NCBI GenBank assembly: GCA_963663805.2
Contig: CAXXMR010000008.1
Location: forward strand, 1-64,000
Direction of reading: 5' to 3'
DNA: 64,000 nucleotides
DNA from: Sedimentisphaerales bacterium
GTDB lineage: Bacteria; Planctomycetota; Phycisphaerae; Sedimentisphaerales; SM23-30
The notes beneath the pieces were generated by a model. The model worked only from the letters and a program-made list of their open reading frames with translations, searched no databases and was not told where the DNA came from. The number at the start of each line of letters is the position of its first letter. The stretch's first letter is position 1. The translations under genes and the position numbers were made by a program. This document shows, in pieces, positions 54,111 to 62,290 of the stretch.

Positions 54111-55055
54111 TTATGCACCGGCGGCCTGGGCGAGGTCTTGTTTCATGTCGATGCAGGCCTGTTCGATGCATTTTTCCCAGTTGGTGCCGAATTGCTGGAT
54201 GTACTTGGGGTTTTCGTAGGCGTAAATAATGGAGCGACTGGCGCTGATAATTGCGCCGGTGCCGTCGTCTTTAAGAAAGTTAAGGCAGTCAGCGGCGGTG
54301 GCACCCTGAGCGCCATAACCGGGGACAAGGAAATTAATATGCGGGTACTGGTCGCGCAGTTGTTTGGCTTGAGCTGCCGCGGTGCCGCCTACGACCATGC
54401 CGATATTACTCAGGCCGCAGGTTCCCATGTGCTGGGGTTGGCAGGCGAGGGTAGCGACCTGTTCGGCGAGCAACTCGAAAAATGTTTTGCCGTCGGCGTT
54501 GGCGAAATCCTGGAGCAGAGCGGCCGAGGGATTGCTGGCACGGACCCAGACAAAAATACCTTTGCCCTGAGCGTCCGCGGCGGCGGCGAATGGTTCGATG
54601 CCGTCGGTGCCGGCAAAACCGTTGACGGTGATGGCGTCGCCGGTGACGAAACCTTCCATGTCAACGAATTCGGGGTTCTGGAGGTGGGCCTGGGCATAAG
54701 CCTGAGCGGTCGAGCCGATATCGCCGCGTTTTACGTCAGCGATGACTTCGAGGCCGAGACTGTCGGCTTCCTGGAGAAGGCCATAGAAGGTTTCGACACC
54801 TTCCCAGAGGTATTTCTCGAAAAAGGCGATGTTGAGCTTTACCGCGGGGACCAGCGGGGCGACGATTCTCATAACCTTCTGGGAGAACTCGAATAACGCG
54901 TCTACGGCAGCGGCTACGTCGGTTTCGTCGTTGAGGTCTTTACGCTCGATGATTTTTTTGGGAAGTTTGTTATAGGTAGGGTCGATGCCCACGATAGCGG
55001 GCGTGCCTTTGGTTTTGATGGCCTGGGTGAGGCGGTCGGCGAAATTGCTGGACAC
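54111..55055 (-). CDS. pyrF: Orotidine-5'-phosphate decarboxylase
   Basis: VGIDP, ADVKRGDIGST, SNP, LVPGYGAQG, SRSIIYA. GTG start at 55055 inferred from the RBS. Confidence 0.95.
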   Translation of the reverse strand: MSSNFADRLTQAIKTKGTPAIVGIDPTYNKLPKKIIERKDLNDETDVAAAVDALFEFSQKVMRIVAPLVPAVKLNIAFFEKYLWEGVETFYGLLQEADSLGLEVIADVKRGDIGSTAQAYAQAHLQNPEFVDMEGFVTGDAITVNGFAGTDGIEPFAAAADAQGKGIFVWVRASNPSAALLQDFANADGKTFFELLAEQVATLACQPQHMGTCGLSNIGMVVGGTAAAQAKQLRDQYPHINFLVPGYGAQGATAADCLNFLKDDGTGAIISASRSIIYAYENPKYIQQFGTNWEKCIEQACIDMKQDLAQAAGA

Positions 55056-55204
55056 GGTTAAGCCTTTCATTTTCAATAGTTTAAGAAGCATATGGGCTTC
55101 TTGCTGCATACAAAAACGTTCTGTAGGGGGTTAATGATAAGGCTGGGAGGTGGGCATTGCAAAGGTGAATCTGGGTAAAATAAGGATTTTTGGGAAAAAG
55201 TTAG

Positions 55205-55233
55205 TTGACTACGCATAGTTTGTATTACATAAT
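55205..55233 (+). promoter_or_regulatory. Sigma70-type promoter of the padR operon
   Basis: TTGACT-N17-CATAAT. Confidence 0.55.
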
Positions 55234-55310
55234 ATATTAAGCAAGGCATAGCCGGCGGCGACGGGTTTATTTAAGGAAAAATTACAGAACTATTTTGCAG
55301 GAGTTTTGAT

Positions 55311-55649
55311 ATGAAATTTGAACGTGAGTTGTTGAAGGGTGTGGCACCGGTGGTGGTGCTTGAGATTTTGTCGCGGGGGGCGATGTATGGTTATGAACTT
55401 TCCGAGGCGGTCGAGCAGCGGAGCGATAAGGTGCTTTCCTTGGGGCGGGGTACGCTTTATCCCCTGCTTTATAATCTGGAGGCCAAGGGGCTGGTGACGG
55501 CCGAATGGCAGGAGTCGGAGAGCGGGCGGAAGCGGCGATATTACAGTATTACGAGTAAAGGTAAGGAGACGCTGGCTAGCCAGAAGGAGCAGTGGCAGGA
55601 ATTGCATCGCGGCGTGGGCTTGGTGTTTGGGCTGCGGCCGGCGTTTTAG
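55311..55649 (+). CDS. PadR-family regulator
   Basis: ELLKG, MYGYEL, GTLYPLL, RRYYSIT. Confidence 0.95.
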   Translation: MKFERELLKGVAPVVVLEILSRGAMYGYELSEAVEQRSDKVLSLGRGTLYPLLYNLEAKGLVTAEWQESESGRKRRYYSITSKGKETLASQKEQWQELHRGVGLVFGLRPAF

Positions 55650-55700
55650 TTTAGAGATAAAATATTGGCAGAAAAAAGTGAGCGAAAGGGTGTGGATAGT

Positions 55701-57350
55701 ATGAAAAATAAGGGGCATGATTGTGCGGATTTGCCGTTGGTGGTGCAAGATTATATTGAGCTGGTGGTTCGTAAGGTTCGGTATCGGCGAGTGGTGCGTA
55801 ATGAGGTTCGGGCGGAGTTGGCGGGGCATTTTCGGGACGCGCTGGCGGGGTGTGAGGTTGAGACGGAGCGTGAGGAGCGGGCGCGGGAATTGATTGCGGG
55901 GTTTGGGGATGTTAAGGTTCTGGCCAATCTTATTCGGCGGGGGAAGAAGCGGTGTCGGGCATGGTGGCGGACGGTGATTGTGCGGATGTTTCAGGTGGTG
56001 GGGGTTATATTGCTTTTGATTGTATTGAGGGCAGCTTCGTTGTCGATTGGAACAGTAAACATAAGTGTTGATTATCTAGAGAAATTGAAACAGTTAAATT
56101 CGCAAGGCTATTCTCCTGAGGACAATGCGTTTAGATGCTATCAAGAAGCGGCGCGGATACTGAATGAAGCACGGTCTGAAGTTATAGATGATATAGTAGA
56201 TTTCGACTGGCCTGACGAGCTTGATACGGAGAATGTAGAAGATTGGACGGCCTTTCTGCAGAAATCAGAAGCGGGGTTTGAATTATTGACTGAAGGGGCA
56301 CGCAGGCCTTACTATTTTTGTTCCCGCGAGGAATATGGTGTTGATTTTCCACTTCCGCAGAGTCTATTCTTTACGTCTGATTATCAACCGTTGCTAAACA
56401 CATTATTTTTCATGGATTCTATGGGGGATAATCGTTATTTGGCTAAAGCGATGACGGCGCGGGGTAAATGGAGGATTCATAACGGCGATATTGAAGGTGG
56501 TTTTTCGGATTTACTGATGGTATATAGACTGGGCGGTCATCTTACCGGTAAGCATTTTTTGATTGAGCAGTTGACGGGTCTGGCGATCGTTGAACTTGTT
56601 GATAATGCCGTCAAAGAAGCTTTGTCGCAAAATACATTTTCTTCTGAAGTTTTGCAGTGGGTCCAGGAGGAGATTAAACGGTCGTCGAAAAGTATCGAGT
56701 TTGAAATAGATTTTGACGCGGAAAGATTCATTCATCTGGATTTTGTGCAAAGCAGTTTTACGGATTCGGGTGATGGCACAGGTCGGCCTTTACGGGGAGG
56801 TGGGATTGTTGCTTCAGTTGGGGGAGTCGGTGATTTTCTGAAGTATTTTATGACCGGTTTCCCCGGCCGCAGTGAGGTTGTAGGGCAAATAAACAAGTGT
56901 TATAATTTACTGGATGAGTTGGGAGATGATTATGCTGTTGACAAGAGGGGGGCTGTTAAAGAAAAATTTAGCAGGATACATGAATTGGCCAAAGGTAGTT
57001 TTATGCTTTCGTTGTCAATGCCGGCATTTGAAAAGACTACAACATTAAGTTTGCAGAGTAGGGCAGGAAATGAATCTGTTTGTGTTTTGTTGTCGCTGGC
57101 GAGATATAAGCTTGAAAATAATGAATACCCCGATGCTTTGAGTGAACTGGTTAAGGGGGGATATATTGATTTTATTCCGAAAGATCCATTTGCTTTAGGA
57201 GAGCTGAGCTATCGGCGGACAGGTGATGGATTTGTGCTTTATAGTTACGGGGAGGATTCTGACGATGACGGCGGAGTGGAAACAGAGGATGACAGGTGGG
57301 GAGGGAAAAAGGGCGGTGACAGGGTTTTCTGGCCGGTTACAAAAAAGTGA
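55701..57350 (+). CDS. PadR-associated bitopic membrane protein with large periplasmic domain
   Basis: N-terminal EVRAELAGHF...IAGFGD motif typical of PadR partners, one TM, C-terminal YPDALSELV...PKDPF...FVLYSYG-D-DDDGG. Confidence 0.7.
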   Translation: MKNKGHDCADLPLVVQDYIELVVRKVRYRRVVRNEVRAELAGHFRDALAGCEVETEREERARELIAGFGDVKVLANLIRRGKKRCRAWWRTVIVRMFQVVGVILLLIVLRAASLSIGTVNISVDYLEKLKQLNSQGYSPEDNAFRCYQEAARILNEARSEVIDDIVDFDWPDELDTENVEDWTAFLQKSEAGFELLTEGARRPYYFCSREEYGVDFPLPQSLFFTSDYQPLLNTLFFMDSMGDNRYLAKAMTARGKWRIHNGDIEGGFSDLLMVYRLGGHLTGKHFLIEQLTGLAIVELVDNAVKEALSQNTFSSEVLQWVQEEIKRSSKSIEFEIDFDAERFIHLDFVQSSFTDSGDGTGRPLRGGGIVASVGGVGDFLKYFMTGFPGRSEVVGQINKCYNLLDELGDDYAVDKRGAVKEKFSRIHELAKGSFMLSLSMPAFEKTTTLSLQSRAGNESVCVLLSLARYKLENNEYPDALSELVKGGYIDFIPKDPFALGELSYRRTGDGFVLYSYGEDSDDDGGVETEDDRWGGKKGGDRVFWPVTKK

Positions 57351-57363
57351 GAATGTAATGGTT

Positions 57364-58773
57364 TTAATAGGCGTTTTTGCCGAAGATTTCTTTCAGGACT
57401 TTCCAGCCTCTTTGTTCTATGTTCTGCCATTGTTCGTCGTTGAAGAAATCGAAGGCTCGCCATTTTTCGGATAGTTCATCGGCCAGGGCGCGTAGGTTGG
57501 GGTTGTCGAACAGTACGGTTAATCTTCGCCCGACGAATTTTGATGAGAAGGTGATGCGGTGGAGCAGGGTGCGGGTTTTTTCGTCGTGCCAGGGGGCGTT
57601 GCAGTTGTGACGGTCGAAGTCGGCCCAGCCGGCGAGGGTCTCAGGCATCTGGTCTTCGAACATTTCACCAATTTCGGTGCCGGGGTAGGGGGCCAGAGTA
57701 TAAAAAGTGTTATTCATGGCGATGGGGTTTTCGTCGAGCAGACGCATGGCGAACTGAACGGTCATTCTTATATCATCATGAGTCTCCTGCGGGAAGCCAA
57801 CCATATAATTGTACCAGGAGTCGATGCCGGTTTGGGCGAGCATCTGATTGAGCTGGAGGAATTGTTCGACGGTTTCTTCTTTTCTGATGGCCTTCAAGAT
57901 GCGGGGTGAGCCGCTTTCGATACCGATGCCGAGATGGATCAGCCCCATGTCTTCGAGATAGTTGAGGTCTGTTTTGAGCAGACCGTCGGCGCGGGCCTGG
58001 ATTGCCCATTTGAATTTGCCGTTGACCCCGGCAGCGAGCTGGTTGAGCAGCTTGACGTTTACAGAAAGATTTTCATCGTGAAAAAATATGCCGTCGAGAT
58101 GATACTCTTCAACGAGTTCGTCAAGTTGGGCCAGTGCGGTTTCGACAGTCATTTTTCGCCAGCCGAGTGATTTGTTCAGGGCGGGGTTGCAGCAGAATGT
58201 ACACTTATAGGGACAGCCGCGACTGAAAAGGAAGGGCAGAGATCGGCCGGGCAGGGCGGCGATGTTGATGTATTCTTCCACGTTAATGAGATCGTAGGGT
58301 AGCAGGCCGATAGTGTCGAGGTTAACCGGCTCAAAATCCGCGGAGGTCATTACCGGCGGGATGGGTTGGCCGGTGGTTAGTTTTTTGAGGAATTCTTTGA
58401 ACACGATTTCACCGTCGCCGCTGATAACGTAGTCGATGAGAGGATCCTGCTGGGTCTGCTGCGGATGGAGGCCTGCGTGTATGCCGCCCATGACTGTAAC
58501 AGCGGCGGAATCTTTAGCGATCTGGGCGAGTTCGCGGGCGTATTTGATTTGCTTGCCGGTAAAGCTGGAGATGCCGACGCAGATGGGGTTACGACTAAGT
58601 AGTTCCTCATAACGGCTGATGGGTTCGAGGCGATGGTCGTAGATAGCGATTTCGTATTCGTCCTGGAGTACCGCGGCAAGATAGAGCAGTGAGACCGGAG
58701 GCTGGAGGCTTACACCTTTGGCTTCGGCGTTCATTTTGGGATAGGCCAGCAGGACAAGTTTTTTTTGTGTCAC
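57364..58773 (-). CDS. B12-binding radical SAM protein
   Basis: PPVSLLYLAA, GISSFT, VMGGIH, SRGCPYKCTFC, GIESGS, PYPGT. Confidence 0.92.
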   Translation of the reverse strand: MTQKKLVLLAYPKMNAEAKGVSLQPPVSLLYLAAVLQDEYEIAIYDHRLEPISRYEELLSRNPICVGISSFTGKQIKYARELAQIAKDSAAVTVMGGIHAGLHPQQTQQDPLIDYVISGDGEIVFKEFLKKLTTGQPIPPVMTSADFEPVNLDTIGLLPYDLINVEEYINIAALPGRSLPFLFSRGCPYKCTFCCNPALNKSLGWRKMTVETALAQLDELVEEYHLDGIFFHDENLSVNVKLLNQLAAGVNGKFKWAIQARADGLLKTDLNYLEDMGLIHLGIGIESGSPRILKAIRKEETVEQFLQLNQMLAQTGIDSWYNYMVGFPQETHDDIRMTVQFAMRLLDENPIAMNNTFYTLAPYPGTEIGEMFEDQMPETLAGWADFDRHNCNAPWHDEKTRTLLHRITFSSKFVGRRLTVLFDNPNLRALADELSEKWRAFDFFNDEQWQNIEQRGWKVLKEIFGKNAY

Positions 58774-58787
58774 GATGTTATACCTTT

Positions 58788-59279
58788 TTATACTCTCAGG
58801 TAGCCGGATTTATCGTCGTTGATCCATTTTTTGACGAGGGCAGTAAAGTCGGTGTTTGGTTCGTAGGGATTGTAGGTTTTCAGGCCGATGAGGTTCATTA
58901 TTTCCAAATCGTTTTGGCCGCAGCAGTGTGAAGGACCTAGTTTTTGGAAGTAATCATTGACGCCGGTAGCGATAAATTTTACATTGAGGTTCTGAAGCAC
59001 AACATCGTTGCGGATTTGTTCAATGGCACGGAAGGCCAGGAAATTTACGATGGAATAAACGATAGGAACCATGCCGGCCATACTCATGCCGGCGGCAATG
59101 CCTACAGTGGCTTGTTCCATGATACCGGAATTGATGATGCGGTTGGGGAAGTGGGTTTTTAGTTTGTCGATAGCACCGAAACCCATATCGCCGGCCAGCA
59201 GAAAGTAGCGTTCGTCACGTGCGAAGTCGTCTATGATGGTATCGAGGATGATTTTGCGGTAGTTATTCATAGGCGGCAC
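58788..59279 (-). CDS. Transketolase-like pyrimidine-binding subunit (short)
   Basis: GDMGFG, NSGIMEQA, RAIEQIRND, LGPSH. Confidence 0.85.
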   Translation of the reverse strand: MPPMNNYRKIILDTIIDDFARDERYFLLAGDMGFGAIDKLKTHFPNRIINSGIMEQATVGIAAGMSMAGMVPIVYSIVNFLAFRAIEQIRNDVVLQNLNVKFIATGVNDYFQKLGPSHCCGQNDLEIMNLIGLKTYNPYEPNTDFTALVKKWINDDKSGYLRV

Positions 59280-60078
59280 CTCCGGCCTTTAGCTCGTCGG
59301 GGGTGGGCAGGCGAAAATGAAATTGAGGGACATTTTCCATCGCCTTCAGGCCGTAACCTTTGGTGGTTTGGGCTACCAGGCAGTTTGGAGTATCGGACGA
59401 ACTGTGTTTGAGTACATGCAGCATTTCCGCCAAAGCTTCTGTGTCATGACCGGGCGCGATTTGAGGCTCTAGCCAGAACCCTTTAATACGCTCAATAAGG
59501 TCGCTGGCATGGTTATCCATTACGTCGCGGATGAAATCCATGGCCTGAAGATTATTCTGGTCGATGATGATGGTAAGATTATTAAGTTTGTGTTTGGTCG
59601 CGAACAGTAGCGCTTCCCAGCAGGTGCCTTCCTGCATCTCGCCATCGCCGACAAGGCAGAATATATGGTAGCTGTCCCCTCTTAATTTGGCGGCGTAGGC
59701 AATGCCGACCGCCATAGGCAGGCCGTGGCCCAGTGAACCGCAGCCAGCTTCGATACCATAATCAAGATTTCGTTCGGCACAGCCTTTCAAGTCGCTTTTG
59801 TCGGTATAGAAGTCCTTCCATTTCTGTTTGGGCAGAGTGCCGATGTCGGCGAGGATACTGTAGAGGGCGTAGCAGCCGTGGCTTTTAGAAAGTATCAGAC
59901 GGTCACGTTCGCCCCAGTGCGGGTCGTCAGGGCAGTAGTTCATTGCCGAATAATAGAGAGCGACGAGGATGTCAACCGTGGAAAGCGAAGGGGCGATATG
60001 GCCTGCTTCGTTTCGGAAGGCGGTTTCTATCACGTCGCGTCTGATTTGCCCAGCTTTATGTTTTAGGTTTACTGACAT
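59263..60078 (-). CDS. Transketolase-like ThDP-binding subunit
   Basis: GHIAPSLS, RDRLILSKSH, GSLGHGL, GDGEMQEG...DQN, TTKGYG. Confidence 0.92.
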   Translation of the reverse strand: MSVNLKHKAGQIRRDVIETAFRNEAGHIAPSLSTVDILVALYYSAMNYCPDDPHWGERDRLILSKSHGCYALYSILADIGTLPKQKWKDFYTDKSDLKGCAERNLDYGIEAGCGSLGHGLPMAVGIAYAAKLRGDSYHIFCLVGDGEMQEGTCWEALLFATKHKLNNLTIIIDQNNLQAMDFIRDVMDNHASDLIERIKGFWLEPQIAPGHDTEALAEMLHVLKHSSSDTPNCLVAQTTKGYGLKAMENVPQFHFRLPTPDELKAGGAAYE

Positions 60079-60085
60079 ATTGATT

Positions 60086-61159
60086 TCAAATGAAGTTTAC
60101 GTGTTCTGGCGGATGGCGAAGTTCCCAGAGGTATTGGTTGATTTTATCCATGCGGCAGTTGACCCGGCAGAGGGATGAATCCATATGATTATGGACCATG
60201 TCGAGTGATTTCTGGCGTTTTTCACCGTGCCAGATTTCGGCGAAGGCTTGTTCGTTGATATTACCGTAGTAGAATTTATCGTCGCCGAGGAACATGCTGC
60301 ATCCCCAGACATTGCCGCCCGTGTCGATATAGGACCAGAAAGGCAGGGCCAGGCAGTGTTGGTAAGTATGGCCGGAATCATCCCATTGTCGCATTGATTG
60401 ACTGCGATAGATTACTCGGAACGATTCGGTGTTGTATTGCTGAAGTTTTTCTTCCAGATATTCAAAGTCGGAATATTTAATGTTTTCGTAAATACGGGTC
60501 TTGCTGAGCGGATGCTGGGAGTAGGGTTTGATGACCAGATAGTCCATACCTATTTCACGGGCGAGTTGAGCGAGCAGTTCCGCTTCGTGGTGATTATCAG
60601 GTAATAAAAGCAGTTGCATACCCAGGGTGCACTTGTAGCCGTGTGCCTTACGGATTTGGACAGCGGCAGTCAGGTTGTCGATAGTCTGCTGGAAGTCGGA
60701 TTCCTGACAGCGATGGATTTTTGCGTAGGTTTCAGCCTTGGCACCGTTGATGCTGATTTTAATCCATTGTGATGTTGCCAGCAGCGGCGGGGCGATTTTA
60801 GGGTTGAGCAGTACACCGTTGGTGGTAAAAGCGGTATCGATATCGGCATCGTAAGCGGCTTGGTTAATCTGGGCCATATCGGGATGGAGCAGCGGTTCAC
60901 CTTCACCGGCGAACATCACACTTTTTAGTCCGAGCCGACCTAGTTCTTTGAGCCGTTCGATGATAATATCGGTATCAAGATAACGGCGCTTGTATTCCAT
61001 AAAATCTAAAGCACAATAGGTGCAACGATGATTGCAGGCGCCGGAAGGACTCAGCTCCATATAAATTGGGTAAACATCCTCCCCAGCCAGCCAGTCATTG
61101 ACACGCGGCAAGTGATAGAGAAGTTTGTGGCTATCAATTTTGTATTTGTCGGTGCTCAT
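60086..61159 (-). CDS. Radical SAM/SPASM-twitch protein
   Basis: CNHRCTYC, GEGEPLLH, C-terminal C...GNVWGC...YGNI...C-x-x-NC. Confidence 0.9.
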   Translation of the reverse strand: MSTDKYKIDSHKLLYHLPRVNDWLAGEDVYPIYMELSPSGACNHRCTYCALDFMEYKRRYLDTDIIIERLKELGRLGLKSVMFAGEGEPLLHPDMAQINQAAYDADIDTAFTTNGVLLNPKIAPPLLATSQWIKISINGAKAETYAKIHRCQESDFQQTIDNLTAAVQIRKAHGYKCTLGMQLLLLPDNHHEAELLAQLAREIGMDYLVIKPYSQHPLSKTRIYENIKYSDFEYLEEKLQQYNTESFRVIYRSQSMRQWDDSGHTYQHCLALPFWSYIDTGGNVWGCSMFLGDDKFYYGNINEQAFAEIWHGEKRQKSLDMVHNHMDSSLCRVNCRMDKINQYLWELRHPPEHVNFI

Positions 61160-61297
61160 GATTAATCTGTCTAAAGCTGTTTTTTGCAAAATGGGCGTAA
61201 TGCAACTATATGATATAGTTATCGGATGTTTGGGTGGTTATTCTGAAAAAACGGCCCAGTGAGATTCTGTTTTGATAAGTTTATATTTCCAAAGAAC

Positions 61298-62008
61298 TTA
61301 CCATTGGTCGAAGTCTTCTACATATTCCATTAGGCCGTCGCGGTCGAGGATTTTTATGGTTCGGTAGCCGGTGTCGATAAGGCCTTTGTCACGGAAGTCG
61401 GCGAGGACGCGGCTGACGGTTTCGCGACTGACTCCCATTCTAATAGCTAAATCCTTGTGGGTAAGCTCTTTGCTGGTTGTGAGGCTGGCCGGCAGCAGGT
61501 CGTTGCGACGCTGCTGAAGGAGCATTCTGGCCAGGCGGGTGTGGGCGTTTTCGAAGGTGGCCCGTTCCAGGTCGCGGGTGAGGCTAAAGATAGCGTGGGC
61601 CATGGTTTGCATGAGTCGGTAGCAGATTTCAGCGTGGCTGAGCAGGAACTTCTGGAGCGAGTTCTGGCTGATGGCGAGGATGGTGGTATCCCTGTCAGCT
61701 ACTAGAGTTACGGCACTGGTGGCCCCGGTAATCATTTCTGCCAAGCCGAAATGGAAGCCGGGTTTGATGATACTTAGCAGCTTTTCACTGCCTGACGCAC
61801 TGCCGCGTACACTTCTGATTTGGCCATCGTAAACAAGTGTGAAGAAAGTTACCTTTTGACCTTGGAGCCATAACATTGAGTCTTTAGGGAACTTACGGGT
61901 GACGGCGAGCTGGGCCAGGGCGTGGAGATGCTCTGGGTCGAGCCTCTGGAATGCCCATATATTTTGCAGGAACTTCTCTTTTTCGAGAGTTGAGGGTTCT
62001 TTTGTCAT
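61298..62008 (-). CDS. Crp/Fnr-family transcriptional regulator
   Basis: cNMP-fold N-terminus and HTH LTHKDLAIRMGVSRETVSRVL. Confidence 0.93.
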   Translation of the reverse strand: MTKEPSTLEKEKFLQNIWAFQRLDPEHLHALAQLAVTRKFPKDSMLWLQGQKVTFFTLVYDGQIRSVRGSASGSEKLLSIIKPGFHFGLAEMITGATSAVTLVADRDTTILAISQNSLQKFLLSHAEICYRLMQTMAHAIFSLTRDLERATFENAHTRLARMLLQQRRNDLLPASLTTSKELTHKDLAIRMGVSRETVSRVLADFRDKGLIDTGYRTIKILDRDGLMEYVEDFDQW

Positions 62009-62075
62009 GATTATACCGCCTATATTGCTCGCATGTACCAACTTTATATTAAATCAGGAGTTATGGCAAGATTAT

Positions 62076-62091
62076 TGTGACGCAAATCACA
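62076..62091. promoter_or_regulatory. CRP-type box TGTGA-N6-TCACA
   Basis: tgtga cgcaaa tcaca, between the divergent Crp-family gene and fhs. Confidence 0.85.
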
Positions 62092-62290
62092 TATATATAT
62101 GTCAAAATTTCATAAGATAGTCAGCTGAGTAAGGGTGTCGATGCGGGAAAAAGGCCTATTTTTCGGCGCGAAAATGCCTGATTTGACGTAAAAATACGAG
62201 TTTTTTTGAAAAATTTTAGTTTTTATTGAGTTTTTAGCCAAAAATTTGCGTTTTTGGTTAGCTTCAGCGAGAAATTACATGGAAATTATA

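Noticed and set aside
53547..54896. 449-aa + strand ORF
   Set aside because: Antisense shadow of pyrF and the PAS kinase; no motifs.
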